A DNA stretch of 59,885 bases from a virus (Duplodnaviria; Caudoviricetes). Both the position numbers and the translations under genes were made by a program. The notes under the pieces are model-generated. The model saw only the letters and a list, made by a program, of their open reading frames with translations, did not search any database and was not told the origin of the DNA. Below, piece by piece: positions 1-9,435 of this stretch (the first letter of the stretch is position 1; the number at the start of each line of letters is the position of its first letter). The DNA lies in the IMG/VR virus record IMGVR_UViG_3300017970_000002, positions 1 to 59,885 of that record; one strand, given 5' to 3'.

Positions 1-123
1 ACGAGAATCAGAACTTGCGTAACGACCAGGAGCCACAGCATCTACCCTCGCTTCGACCGGCCACGCTTCCCTTGGCGCTTAAACGGGATCTTCGCACCGG
101 CTTTACGTGCCTGAGAGAGTGCG
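1..123. repeat. Terminal direct repeat, left copy (circular assembly overlap)
   Basis: Bases 1-123 are identical to 59763-59885; ORFs read through the junction. Confidence 0.97.
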
Positions 124-251
124 ATCGCCACAGCCTGCTTCTGAGATGATACTTTCGGCCCGCGCTTCGAGCCGGAGTGAAGCGTGCCATGCTTCCACTC
201 GTGCATCGTCTTAGCGATCTTGCCCTGACCCTTGGACTTGCGCTTCTTCAT
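42..251 (-). CDS. Small basic protein, DUF6496-like
   Basis: KIAKTMHEWKHGTLHSGS..KVSSQKQAVAIALSQARK motif; ATG at 251 preceded by GAGGA. Confidence 0.8.
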   Translation of the reverse strand: MKKRKSKGQGKIAKTMHEWKHGTLHSGSKRGPKVSSQKQAVAIALSQARKAGAKIPFKRQGKRGRSKRG

Positions 252-258
252 GTCATCC

Positions 259-441
259 TCACTTGGGTGGTGGTGTGGCATTGTTACCGGCTCTTTGCAA
301 GATGACCTGGTACCCGGCGAGCACAGACGAGAATATCAACGCCGCAGCCGCGTTCTTCGTGATGACCGCAAATTGCGCGTTGATAAGCTGCAACGTCACG
401 CCGAGCCCTTGAAGCACCAGCAGCCATGTGGTCTTGCTCAT
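259..441 (-). CDS. Small membrane protein, possible holin
   Basis: 60 aa with two hydrophobic segments; GGGGGA SD. Confidence 0.55.
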   Translation of the reverse strand: MSKTTWLLVLQGLGVTLQLINAQFAVITKNAAAALIFSSVLAGYQVILQRAGNNATPPPK

Positions 442-491
442 AGATTCCCCCTTTCGCCAGCCCGAGATAGCTGCAGCCAGCAGGTAACTGC

Positions 492-1052
492 TCATTTGTG
501 CTTCTGCGCCGCGACTCGCGCGATCGTCGCCTTCGCCGTGGCTACTGCCTTTGAGATCGCGCGCTTGTCGCTCATCGATGGCTTCCAGCCTTTGGCCTTT
601 GGCACGAATCCATTCGCCATGAGCGCACGATGCTCGGCGGAAGCGGTGACCGGCTGGCCGAGTGTCGATTCGAGCTGCGTGATGAAGGTCTTGACAGCGG
701 ACGCGAGGCCAGTCACCAGTGCACCGGCAGTCGGCGGCACACCAGGGATATCAGGCACCACAACCGAGGCGAAGTCGGCAATAATCGTCGATACCTTGAT
801 CGCGTCGGTGTCGGAACTGTTCAGCTCGGTCTCGACCTTCACGACAGAGCTAGACACCTGCGAGGCGTAGTTTGTGATGAGATCTACGGTCGGTACCGGG
901 ATCACACCAGCAGCGCCAAGGATCGGCGCGGTAATCGAGGCGAGCGAGGCTGTATCAGCGACAACATTGAGAGCAGTAGTAAGTTCCGAGGTCGTACAAG
1001 CTGTGAAGCTGATAAGCGACATGAGCACAGTCACGATTAGAAACTTTCGCAT
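492..1052 (-). CDS. Lipoprotein
   Basis: Signal peptide ending in FTA-C lipobox; AGGAGG SD; basic C-terminus. Confidence 0.7.
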   Translation of the reverse strand: MRKFLIVTVLMSLISFTACTTSELTTALNVVADTASLASITAPILGAAGVIPVPTVDLITNYASQVSSSVVKVETELNSSDTDAIKVSTIIADFASVVVPDIPGVPPTAGALVTGLASAVKTFITQLESTLGQPVTASAEHRALMANGFVPKAKGWKPSMSDKRAISKAVATAKATIARVAAQKHK

Positions 1053-1064
1053 ACCGTTTTCCTC

Positions 1065-2093
1065 CTAACCAATATCCATGAACATCAAGTCAACGTCATG
1101 CGATTGGATAAATGCCGCGTCCACCGGGAACCCGAGATACTGACCCTTCGGGAGTATCCACGTGTTCTTGAAAATCTCCATGTCCTGTCGCCGCTGTTTC
1201 ACCAGCTCGACCGTGTACTGTGCCAGAGCGTCCTTTCGCACTTGGAACCAGTTTACCCCTTTGAGGTCTGGATAGCGATTGACGTTTTTCATCGCCCAGA
1301 GCGAGGTCTGGTACTCGGCGCGGGACATCAGCAGCGATGGGGAGAGAGTCGGCGGGATGTCCACGACGGGCGTCACCCCGGCTGGCGTCATCGGCTGTCC
1401 ACGCCGCTGGTAAATGCGCATGTAGGTCGAGCCATCGGTCGGGCCAGGCCAGAGTTCGTGTACGGGGTTGAACGTCGTCGGGTCCACTTTGTACGAGCCG
1501 AGAATGTAGGCGTCGCCGAATGAGCCCCGCTGCGGGTCCATCCGGTCGAGCTGCTCGCGGTTGAAACTAAGGAACTTACCTACGATCGAGTATGCGTAGT
1601 TGACGTTTGTGATCGAGAAGTAGCGCAGGAAATCGGTCACCCCATTGAATTGAGGCACCGCGTAGTAAACCTTGTAGATCTGGTAGGTTTGGCCAGCACC
1701 GACATTCGCGGCTTCGGTATAGTTCCGGTCGAGCGTGATCGTATTCGTGCCGTTGTAGGCGATGATGTTGTAGATCGGCTGCCCGGCGCCGACGCGGAAT
1801 TGGCGGCCTACTCCGAGTGTTGGGAAAGCCAACGGAGGATTGGCAAGCGCGAGCGGCGTCCACGCGGCTGTGGCGTTTACGTCGCCGACTACGAGCGGGC
1901 TGCCAAGAGTTGTGGTTACAGTACCTGCGGTAACTGCGGCTGGCGCGACAACTGCGTCCTCAGCCGTCAGCCATGACCACAGACCTTCGTCGCGGATGTC
2001 CTGCCACGCCCGGTTAACAAGAATCCGGGCGGGCAGGAGCGAGAGGCCAGGATAGAGGCCGATCAGTTCTTGAGCGAATTGGTCGAGCGGCAT
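1065..2093 (-). CDS. Head-tail adaptor / tail tubular protein A-like
   Basis: N-terminal 'LVNRAWQDI..WSWL' and 'ELWPGP' pattern of podovirus adaptors; lies after the capsid genes. Confidence 0.6.
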   Translation of the reverse strand: MPLDQFAQELIGLYPGLSLLPARILVNRAWQDIRDEGLWSWLTAEDAVVAPAAVTAGTVTTTLGSPLVVGDVNATAAWTPLALANPPLAFPTLGVGRQFRVGAGQPIYNIIAYNGTNTITLDRNYTEAANVGAGQTYQIYKVYYAVPQFNGVTDFLRYFSITNVNYAYSIVGKFLSFNREQLDRMDPQRGSFGDAYILGSYKVDPTTFNPVHELWPGPTDGSTYMRIYQRRGQPMTPAGVTPVVDIPPTLSPSLLMSRAEYQTSLWAMKNVNRYPDLKGVNWFQVRKDALAQYTVELVKQRRQDMEIFKNTWILPKGQYLGFPVDAAFIQSHDVDLMFMDIG

Positions 2094-2108
2094 GGTGCCT
2101 TCACCAGA

Positions 2109-2465
2109 TTACCGCCCGAATGCCACACAATGCACCGTGTAGGTGGAGAGATTGGTCGTCGCCGCGACTTGTGCCCCGGTAGTCGCAACCCTCCACATGA
2201 AAAGCGCCGAATTGGGGAACTCGGAACCGGAGGCGGGCGCTAGTTTAGTCGCGACCACCTCGTAGGTACCGGTTTCGTCCATGCCCGCCAGGACAACCTC
2301 GACATCCTTCAGGCCGAACGCCTGCGCGGAGATGATGAGACCGCCTGTCGGGGGAGTCCCCGGAGTGACTTGCGTGTAGCTCGTGGGGCCTGTGATATTG
2401 AACAGCACCATGATGCGGTCGCCCACACCCATGACGCTTACACGCCCGCTTACGTTCGATGCCAT
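2109..2465 (-). CDS. Virion structural protein (possible head decoration)
   Basis: Beta-rich 118 aa; strong SD; in capsid operon. Confidence 0.55.
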   Translation of the reverse strand: MASNVSGRVSVMGVGDRIMVLFNITGPTSYTQVTPGTPPTGGLIISAQAFGLKDVEVVLAGMDETGTYEVVATKLAPASGSEFPNSALFMWRVATTGAQVAATTNLSTYTVHCVAFGR

Positions 2466-2480
2466 CTGGTTCCGTCCTCC

Positions 2481-3101
2481 TTAGAGATTCTGGAACATGG
2501 CCTTCGGCCACAGTTGGACCAATGAGGTCGCGCCGCCGACAGGAGCCGACTGCGCCACGCCAAGTACTGATTTGAGCGTCGTGTAAGTCGGATTGCCGGT
2601 TTGAGTCGGGTCATCCGCCTTGTCGGACGGAGCCTGATCCACAATGACGAGATCGCCGATGGCTGGGGTCGTAGCGGTGAGCGATGCCTTAAACGCAACG
2701 TTCGCTACGCCTGCGATCTGAATCCAGCCGTAGTAGCCCTTGGAGACGGCACCGAGAGTAACACCAGCCCATTGGCCGATGGTCGTCGCGGTAACGTCCG
2801 GGTCCACAATGTAGGCCGCCCGATTCGCCGCTGTAGCCCAGAACACGATCTGGCCTGCGGCGTTCGTGGCGGTTGAGGTCGAGAGAAACTGCACGTAATT
2901 GTAGAGACCAGCGTGCAGAGTAATCGCCGATCCACGTAGCCCGGCCTCGGCTTCGGACAAGGCGATGACGCCGCCGAGCTGGCCAGGGTATGGGTTAGCG
3001 CCAGTTCCGGTCGAGCTGCCCGAGCCAATGAACTGGTCATTGATAAGGTCGAGGTAGAACCGCGACCAATGGGTGATGTCGGTCAGTAGGTTAGTCGGCA
3101 T
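2481..3101 (-). CDS. Capsid cement/decoration protein
   Basis: Directly after MCP; 'YYGWIQIAG' motif common in phage cement proteins. Confidence 0.6.
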   Translation of the reverse strand: MPTNLLTDITHWSRFYLDLINDQFIGSGSSTGTGANPYPGQLGGVIALSEAEAGLRGSAITLHAGLYNYVQFLSTSTATNAAGQIVFWATAANRAAYIVDPDVTATTIGQWAGVTLGAVSKGYYGWIQIAGVANVAFKASLTATTPAIGDLVIVDQAPSDKADDPTQTGNPTYTTLKSVLGVAQSAPVGGATSLVQLWPKAMFQNL

Positions 3102-3107
3102 GGTCGA

Positions 3108-4229
3108 TTAGCCTCCAATCCCGTAGATCTGCGTGTTCAATCGAGGAGCAATGCACTCCAGGTTGATCGCAGCCTTGATTTGCCCGGCGACGCGGGTGTT
3201 ATCTTGCGCCGGGACGAAGCCGGAGAAGCCGAGACCAAATTCAGGATCGTCGGCCAAGCGAAGGAGAAACTTGCGCGTGTTGAACCACACGAATACTTCA
3301 CCGACCGTGAGAGTCTGCGAGGTCGTCGGGAAGCCATTGACTACCGTGGTAGGCGGCGTGTAGGGGACCGTCGAGGTAGCAAACGAACCGAGGCCGCTCG
3401 TTGCGTAGTAGGAGCCGTACTTGGCGGACGGGAAGTAGTCATCCTTGAGGATCAGCGCATTGTTCATGCGCATGCCCATGGCACCCCAGTACGGATCGCG
3501 CTCCTGGGCGAAGCGTTGCTGCGGCTGGATACGCTCCTTGATAAAAGCATAGGCAGCCTTGTTGGTCACGCCGAGGTCTGGCTCATCACGACCGATAGCG
3601 GCGAGTTGGTAGGTTTCCTCCATCAATTGGTAGGTCACCGGGCCAGTGTTGCCGCCCGAGTCACCAGCCCAATAGACATTGCCGTTCAGGGTCGTGGAAA
3701 CTGCGCCATTGCGAAGCTGCGTCCCGTAGGTGCCGTAGATATTACCGTCCCACGAGGGGTTATTGCCGTCATTGATCGCCTCGGACCACCCATTGATGTT
3801 GGGCAAGCGAGGCGCGATCTGGCCATTCTGCTGGAGATCGAGCGCGATGATCGCGGAGATGGTTTGGATACCATTCTGCATATCGATGTCGATCAGCCGG
3901 AAAATGGAGAGATCCCCTCGGTTGAGCACTTGGATGTCTTCCTTGTACTCAACCACCGACACCTCGTAGTACTTCGGATCAAACTCGGTGCCAGCCAGGG
4001 TCTGCGGCTTGTTGATGTTGAAGTTCTGGCCGCGCGTATATGCACCACCGATAAGTGGAGCATAGATGAACACGGTCTGCATGAAGGCGCCGCCAGTGAA
4101 CGGCACCATCGCCTTCTTACGCATGTGCGCGAGGAAAGGCGAGTCCAGGAAGAAGTTGTCCTCTACCGCATCCGGGTAGATCTCCTTCAAGGTCGTTAGG
4201 TTAATTTCATCGAGAATCGGGTCCGGCAA
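3108..4229 (-). CDS. Major capsid protein
   Basis: 373 aa after scaffold; 'DNFFLDSPFL', 'FTGG', 'FDPKYY', 'C..PRLN' pattern; TTG start with GGAGGG SD. Confidence 0.85.
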   Translation of the reverse strand: MPDPILDEINLTTLKEIYPDAVEDNFFLDSPFLAHMRKKAMVPFTGGAFMQTVFIYAPLIGGAYTRGQNFNINKPQTLAGTEFDPKYYEVSVVEYKEDIQVLNRGDLSIFRLIDIDMQNGIQTISAIIALDLQQNGQIAPRLPNINGWSEAINDGNNPSWDGNIYGTYGTQLRNGAVSTTLNGNVYWAGDSGGNTGPVTYQLMEETYQLAAIGRDEPDLGVTNKAAYAFIKERIQPQQRFAQERDPYWGAMGMRMNNALILKDDYFPSAKYGSYYATSGLGSFATSTVPYTPPTTVVNGFPTTSQTLTVGEVFVWFNTRKFLLRLADDPEFGLGFSGFVPAQDNTRVAGQIKAAINLECIAPRLNTQIYGIGG

Positions 4230-4302
4230 GGGTAGACCCTCCGGGCCATGTCACGATCTCGCGTAGGCGGTCCCTGGGGGATTGTCGCAGCGCGCGTTCG
4301 AG

Positions 4303-5439
4303 CTAGGCTGTCTTTGCCGTAGGCGTATCCGGCTGGCCCATGGGAATTCCCTTGGCGCGCCGGTCCAGATAACTGTGAGCGGCCTTTTCAAAGCGACGCT
4401 CACGGCCCATGGCAGAATCGGTTGAGGGCGGCAATTTGCCGTTGTCCGCGTATCGATCCTGACCATTAGCAGCGGCTGCGATTGCGTCTTTCTCAGCAGG
4501 AGTTTTCATATCCCGCTTGAAAATAAGCGACCCTTCGCGCGACTGCTGCCCACCTGGTTGATTACCTCCGTTCAGAGCGGCTTCGGTGGCTTTCTGCCGG
4601 TATTCGCCTTCCAACTCCCCACGGATCTTGCTGGTGAGCTGCTCCGTGCGGATCTCTTCGCGGCGCTTGGGAACCTCGAACGTGCGCTCCCAAATCGTAC
4701 GGAGATCCTGAGTCGGTCGCCCTTGGCGGCCTAACTGGGCATTGGTTTCTAGCGCCTTCGCGAGGAGAGCGTTCCGTCCACGTAGGACGTTGCCCTCAGC
4801 ATCAGTAAACTCGAAGCTGCGAAGGGACTTACCGAAGAGTTCCTGATGTTCCTCGGCAATATCCGGGAACTCGGCCAGGAGACGAAGCATCTGGCGATCG
4901 CGTTGCGTCGCGAGCTTCATAATGTCCTCTTCGGTCATGTACTTAGGCTGATTGCCGTTACCGTTACCATTCGCCGGTTGCGATGACGGTGATCCGTTCC
5001 CGTTGCCAGATCCAGCGGCGGGTGTCGCAATCCCTTCGAAAAGGGACGCTTCGTCCGCGCCGTAGGTGGCCGCGAGAGTTTTCATCCGAGCGCGATACTG
5101 GCCTTCGGTAATGCGCGCGGCTTCAAGATCGGCGACGATTTTGTTGTACTTCTCGTCGAGACCCTGCTTCCACGTGGCCAGGTTCTGGCGCTCGGTGAGC
5201 ACCGACTGCACATCGTTATCGAGCGAACGCCTCTGGTCCGCGAGTTCCATCGTCTTCCGCGAATAGTCGCCTCGCATCAGAACGCCGTCACGTACGCGGG
5301 CAGAGACTTTCTCTTTACCGAGGATCGTTTGCAGGTTATTGATCTCGTCCTGCGAGAGTGCGCCGTCAGCGGCGATGCTGGCGACCCACTGGCGAAGGTC
5401 GAAATCGTCTTGGGCTTGCTGGTTATTGCCTGTTGGCAT
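4303..5439 (-). CDS. Scaffolding protein
   Basis: Coiled-coil with 'DYSRKTMELA' motif typical of scaffolds; upstream of MCP. Confidence 0.75.
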   Translation of the reverse strand: MPTGNNQQAQDDFDLRQWVASIAADGALSQDEINNLQTILGKEKVSARVRDGVLMRGDYSRKTMELADQRRSLDNDVQSVLTERQNLATWKQGLDEKYNKIVADLEAARITEGQYRARMKTLAATYGADEASLFEGIATPAAGSGNGNGSPSSQPANGNGNGNQPKYMTEEDIMKLATQRDRQMLRLLAEFPDIAEEHQELFGKSLRSFEFTDAEGNVLRGRNALLAKALETNAQLGRQGRPTQDLRTIWERTFEVPKRREEIRTEQLTSKIRGELEGEYRQKATEAALNGGNQPGGQQSREGSLIFKRDMKTPAEKDAIAAAANGQDRYADNGKLPPSTDSAMGRERRFEKAAHSYLDRRAKGIPMGQPDTPTAKTA

Positions 5440-5535
5440 GGTTAGCTCCGTCCGATTGCTCGGATTGTGGATTGGTCTCGCAACGGGAGTTATCACTCAC
5501 GCGAATGGCTCCTTGCTGCGGCTGGAAACTTATGG

Positions 5536-5883
5536 TCACGCCATCCCCCGCGGCGCAGGCGGCTCCTGCGCCATATTCGGCTGGGACACAGACCTCGACA
5601 TCGCTGACCGGATGGCATTCACGGCCTGACGGAGATCTTTAGCGGCTTCTGGGAACTCTTGCGCCATGGCATTGATCTGGTTCTCTATCTGGCGATATTT
5701 CATCATGATAGAGCGGAGGCGCTCTTGCGGATCGGGCGCCGTTTGCTGCGGCATCGGGCCGGTCAGGGCATCGAGGGGAGGTGGTTGCTGCGGCGGAACC
5801 GGTCGTTGATTAGGGGATTCGGGAGAGCCAGGCGCGCCAGGCGGGATAAAGCCAGGAGTGAACGGACTAGCGATCGACGCCAC
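5536..5883 (-). CDS. Hypothetical Pro/Gln-rich protein
   Basis: ORF in the head operon. Confidence 0.6.
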   Translation of the reverse strand: MASIASPFTPGFIPPGAPGSPESPNQRPVPPQQPPPLDALTGPMPQQTAPDPQERLRSIMMKYRQIENQINAMAQEFPEAAKDLRQAVNAIRSAMSRSVSQPNMAQEPPAPRGMA

Positions 5884-5886
5884 CTG

Positions 5887-5985
5887 TCATCTCTTTGCGG
5901 ACATTCGGCGCATGAATGGGGTCGCCACCTTACCGGGGGATTTGGTCTTGCTCGTACCCTTCTTCATGCCACGCATTCGTTTCAT
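5887..5985 (-). CDS. Basic micropeptide, 32 aa (MKRMRGMKKGTSKTKSPGKVATPFMRRMSAKR)
   Basis: Hand-translated; GAGG SD; below the ORF-track cutoff. Confidence 0.65.
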   Translation of the reverse strand: MKRMRGMKKGTSKTKSPGKVATPFMRRMSAKR

Positions 5986-6028
5986 TCGGCCTCACGATCG
6001 CCCGGACGCCCGGATTCGGGAGAACCAC

Positions 6029-6073
6029 TCAGCGCTTCCGCTTGTGCGGGCGCCTTTTTCCACGACGCGCCAT
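6029..6073 (-). CDS. Basic micropeptide, 14 aa (MARRGKRRPHKRKR)
   Basis: Hand-translated; weak SD. Confidence 0.4.
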   Translation of the reverse strand: MARRGKRRPHKRKR

Positions 6074-6090
6074 GTAACGACGCGACGGAA

Positions 6091-6153
6091 CTACCGCTTT
6101 TTGCGCCGACGATGCCGGTCAGCAACTTCGTACTTCGAGAGCTGAGTAACCAT
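6091..6153 (-). CDS. Basic micropeptide, 20 aa (MVTQLSKYEVADRHRRRKKR)
   Basis: Hand-translated; strong AAGGAGG SD. Confidence 0.6.
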   Translation of the reverse strand: MVTQLSKYEVADRHRRRKKR

Positions 6154-6259
6154 CGCTTCCTCCTTCCCCGACCGCGCGTTTTATAACGCTATCGGTACAC
6201 AGAGTTTGAAATCAGGTACTACAGATGAACCCTCGGCGTCCGGGCATCATCTGAGGGAG

Positions 6260-6289
6260 ATGGTAGTACCGGGACGTATAGGCTGTCAA
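6260..6289 (-). promoter_or_regulatory. Sigma70-type promoter for head operon
   Basis: TTGACA-N18-TACCAT followed by hairpin CAGATGA..TCATCTG (6222-6253). Confidence 0.6.
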
Positions 6290-6292
6290 GTA

Positions 6293-7036
6293 CTATTGTG
6301 AGGGCTGATTGCGTTTGGCCAGGGATGCGACGTACTGGGTACCGGATTTGGTGCCGAATGGCGTCGAGGAGCCGGATGTGTAAGAAGCAAGCCGGGCCGC
6401 TTTCTTCGGGTCCTGCTTGGCAAGGAGCTTCAGATAGGTTTCACGGACCAGCTTCGCCTCAGCTGGGTCTGTAAGACCGATAGTTGCACCTTGCGACTTC
6501 ATGAAGTCCGCGCCTTGAGTTACGGCACCGGATGACAGAACACGTGCAGCAAGCTCTCCGGGGATATTGCCTGCGCTGTAACCGGCCTTATCGCTGAGGT
6601 TCTTGAGGCCAGTGCGCAGCCGGTCGGCAGTCTCTTTAGGGAGCGCTTTGAGCAATACTTCCGGAGATACAGCCTCCTCACCCAAATATTGGTGCATGGA
6701 CTCGTGGGTCGGCACGCCTTCTTTGCCTTCGGACAGCAAAGCCGGATTGAGGACAGTCACTGGTCCAGATGGCAACTGCTCGCGTACCAATTCGGCCAAC
6801 GGGCCACCGCCCATCCCCACATCACCGGGATGCAGGAACGTAGAGCCATAATTTCCCGGGCCGATGCGCTCGGCCTGCTGTTCGCTACCTGCCATATACA
6901 TCGGGCGGCGTGTCAGCCGAGAATAGGCTTCGTGCGCACCGGCAGTACCAGGCTGGCCCCCGAATAGCTCCTGCACACGGTTCTTGAGGAGCGCAAGGAA
7001 TGACGGGGACGGCTCCGGCATGGATTGGTCAGGCAT
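6293..7036 (-). CDS. Putative zincin-like metallopeptidase
   Basis: HESMH (HExxH) with downstream 'GELAAR'. Confidence 0.5.
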   Translation of the reverse strand: MPDQSMPEPSPSFLALLKNRVQELFGGQPGTAGAHEAYSRLTRRPMYMAGSEQQAERIGPGNYGSTFLHPGDVGMGGGPLAELVREQLPSGPVTVLNPALLSEGKEGVPTHESMHQYLGEEAVSPEVLLKALPKETADRLRTGLKNLSDKAGYSAGNIPGELAARVLSSGAVTQGADFMKSQGATIGLTDPAEAKLVRETYLKLLAKQDPKKAARLASYTSGSSTPFGTKSGTQYVASLAKRNQPSQ

Positions 7037-7232
7037 CCCAGACCTCGTGCATGAATCGCTCAGACCAACGATTCCACTCGAAGTTCGGCTGATGGATCAT
7101 GCCACAGGAGCCACACATCCACGCAGTGACCTGGCCCGCAGCGATCGCAACCGGATTCATTACTGCGTGGCACTTCAGGCACGATGCAGCGGTCAATTCT
7201 CTGGTGACTGCGGCGGTGGGAGCCGTCGCCAT
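7029..7232 (-). CDS. Zinc-ribbon protein
   Basis: CxxC...CxxC. Confidence 0.55.
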   Translation of the reverse strand: MATAPTAAVTRELTAASCLKCHAVMNPVAIAAGQVTAWMCGSCGMIHQPNFEWNRWSERFMHEVWDA

Positions 7233-7390
7233 AGATCCTGTACCTTCCCCTTCCAGTTACAGGATACATGAAAGGCGGCCCCATCCGGGTAGAAGATTAT
7301 GCCGGATAGCGTCAGGCAGTGCGGGCAGCCTACCAGGAAGTAGGAATGATCTCGATCGGGGAGTGTGTTCATTACATCTTCGGTGGTCAT
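7193..7390 (-). CDS. Small Cys-containing protein
   Basis: Start overlaps portal stop; CPHC. Confidence 0.5.
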   Translation of the reverse strand: MTTEDVMNTLPDRDHSYFLVGCPHCLTLSGIIFYPDGAAFHVSCNWKGKVQDLWRRLPPPQSPEN

Positions 7391-9435
7391 CGAGATTCAG
7401 CCACGGTCTGGCGGCCTCCTTTTTGTACGAGATGCGGCGCCGTGCCACCAGATGGTTTGCGCCCGGCCTGACCCGGCTGCGGCTGCGGCATCATCTGCTG
7501 TAGTATTTTACGCCACTCGATCCAGCGCTGCATGATATTCTTCGTCGCGGGCGGCTCCTCGCCGATCGTGATATCTAGTTCTTTTGCCAGTGTCCACGGA
7601 TCCATCGGGAAGGCTGGCGCGCCGGACATTCGGTAGAGCTGGAGATAGAGCATCTTCCGCGACATTTGCGTGATTTGGTGCAGGGATTGTGGCGTCACGT
7701 GGAAGACGAAATTGTCCATGTGCCAGCGCGCACGCTGCCAGAGAGCTGTGGGAGAAGCAGAGTCGGTCGGCTCACCAAGAACGTGCGAAGGGATCATCGA
7801 GGCTGGCTCATAGTCGAAGTCCTCTTCGACAATGCCATCCTGGAATCCGAGGAGCTGGACGCGACGCGGCGCGTTGTAGAACTGGAAGAACAGGCACTTG
7901 ACCATTTCTCCCAAATCGCGTAGCCCAGCTTCCATGCCTCGTGATATGTCCTGGACGAGCGGCCCCATCATCTCGAAGAGCTTGTCGAGGGATTCGGATG
8001 CGGGGATCTGACGGGCTTTGGCGAGCGCGGTCATGTTAGTCACGCCCGAGACGTGATCCATCTGCTCGTAGAGGAACTTGATGAATTCGGGGATGGAGGA
8101 ATCGACTTGGTACCAGCGTGGATCGAGGATGGCTTTGATCGGCTCGCCTGTTACGCCGATGGGCGCGGGCACGGACTGGCCACCTTGGCGGAAGTCGAGA
8201 TCGTCCATCACGGATTTCGCGAGCACGTTGTTGTCGTACCAGACGTTGGGGCGCAGACGGGCGTTTGACGCGTCGTCGATTGCACGCATCAGGGAGTTCG
8301 CGGAGGATTGCATTGGTGCCATGTCGCGCATCGCCGAGTATCCGCAGACCTCCCAGGGCCAGTCATCGGGGGTGAAGCCAACGACGGGGACCTTGCGATG
8401 CCACCACGGAGACGGGCCGTCCTCGATTTCGAGGTTGCATTCCGGGCACGCGATCAGGCGGCGGCGCGCGGGATAGAGCATCGATTCCTCGCGGCCCACT
8501 TTGCGCATCAGCTTTTTGCCAGTGTCCCGGTCGTATTGCGTGGTCTCCATCAGGGCTTCGTAGACGGGCACGGTGTACGAGAAGTTCGTGTCGGCATCGC
8601 CCATCACGATTGGATCGGGGCCGAGGTTGATCGACGGGTCCATGATGTAGGTGTGGAATATGTCGAGCATCGGGAACGGGGTGTCGTCTTCCTCGCGGCG
8701 TTGCTGGCCACCACCTAGACGACGGAGGATGGGAGTAACAAATCCGGTGACTCGGCCCATTCCACGGCGTAAGGCACCACTGGCGACGTAGGTTGGGGCG
8801 AACTTATCGGCGAGGGTCGGCCACACGGCGCAGGCGACGTGAATGGGAGTGCGGACCCGGATGATGACGGCGTAGCAGCCTTGGATATTGTGATCCGATG
8901 GCATTTGAACGAAAAGAACGTCGCGCGGGCCATAAACGTTGAGGTAGATATCCCCACGTCCAGCGTTCCAAAAGTCTCGCTTCCAGATCGGCGAAACGTA
9001 ACCTGTGCCCATAACCATCGCATACTGAAGCGCTTGACGAACACGCCGGTCTGCGAACGTGTTTTGCCACCATCCGGTAACAAGTTTGTTGAGGACGACG
9101 GCGTGCTTGTCGAAGTCGTGGTTGTCATTCTTGTAACCCCACATCGGGCGAAGATTCGAGAGGGACGAGACGATCTCGCGCACGTTGCGTTTCGCGCGGT
9201 TGATACGGAGACCGGAGAGCGAGCGGGCCTGGCGCTGGTCGGAGGGAGATACGCCACCGATCACGTCGAGTGCGCGGTCCATGTCCATGAAGGCGCGCTG
9301 GGTTTTCAGGAATTGCTCAGCCTCGCCAATGGCTTCGCGGAGCCAGCCAAGCTTCTGATCGGAGGGGACGCGATCACCAGCGGCGGTGTAGGCTGGGGGA
9401 CAGCGCCAGTCGGAGTCGCGATAGCTGGCCATCAA
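7387..9435 (-). CDS. Portal protein (P22-like)
   Basis: 682 aa after terminase; 'INRAK', 'GTGY', 'MAPMQ..N..MR', 'HVSGV' pattern. Confidence 0.85.
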   Translation of the reverse strand: MMASYRDSDWRCPPAYTAAGDRVPSDQKLGWLREAIGEAEQFLKTQRAFMDMDRALDVIGGVSPSDQRQARSLSGLRINRAKRNVREIVSSLSNLRPMWGYKNDNHDFDKHAVVLNKLVTGWWQNTFADRRVRQALQYAMVMGTGYVSPIWKRDFWNAGRGDIYLNVYGPRDVLFVQMPSDHNIQGCYAVIIRVRTPIHVACAVWPTLADKFAPTYVASGALRRGMGRVTGFVTPILRRLGGGQQRREEDDTPFPMLDIFHTYIMDPSINLGPDPIVMGDADTNFSYTVPVYEALMETTQYDRDTGKKLMRKVGREESMLYPARRRLIACPECNLEIEDGPSPWWHRKVPVVGFTPDDWPWEVCGYSAMRDMAPMQSSANSLMRAIDDASNARLRPNVWYDNNVLAKSVMDDLDFRQGGQSVPAPIGVTGEPIKAILDPRWYQVDSSIPEFIKFLYEQMDHVSGVTNMTALAKARQIPASESLDKLFEMMGPLVQDISRGMEAGLRDLGEMVKCLFFQFYNAPRRVQLLGFQDGIVEEDFDYEPASMIPSHVLGEPTDSASPTALWQRARWHMDNFVFHVTPQSLHQITQMSRKMLYLQLYRMSGAPAFPMDPWTLAKELDITIGEEPPATKNIMQRWIEWRKILQQMMPQPQPGQAGRKPSGGTAPHLVQKGGRQTVAESR

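Noticed and set aside
1-123. Terminal repeat as a biological DTR
   Set aside because: It falls inside genes and looks like an assembler circularisation overlap
3180-4199. Long antisense ORFs (also 11497..12561, 23347..24231)
   Set aside because: Shadow frames of high-GC genes with no motifs
5992-6153. TAG readthrough or alternative genetic code
   Set aside because: Core genes are intact in the standard code and use TAG as a normal stop
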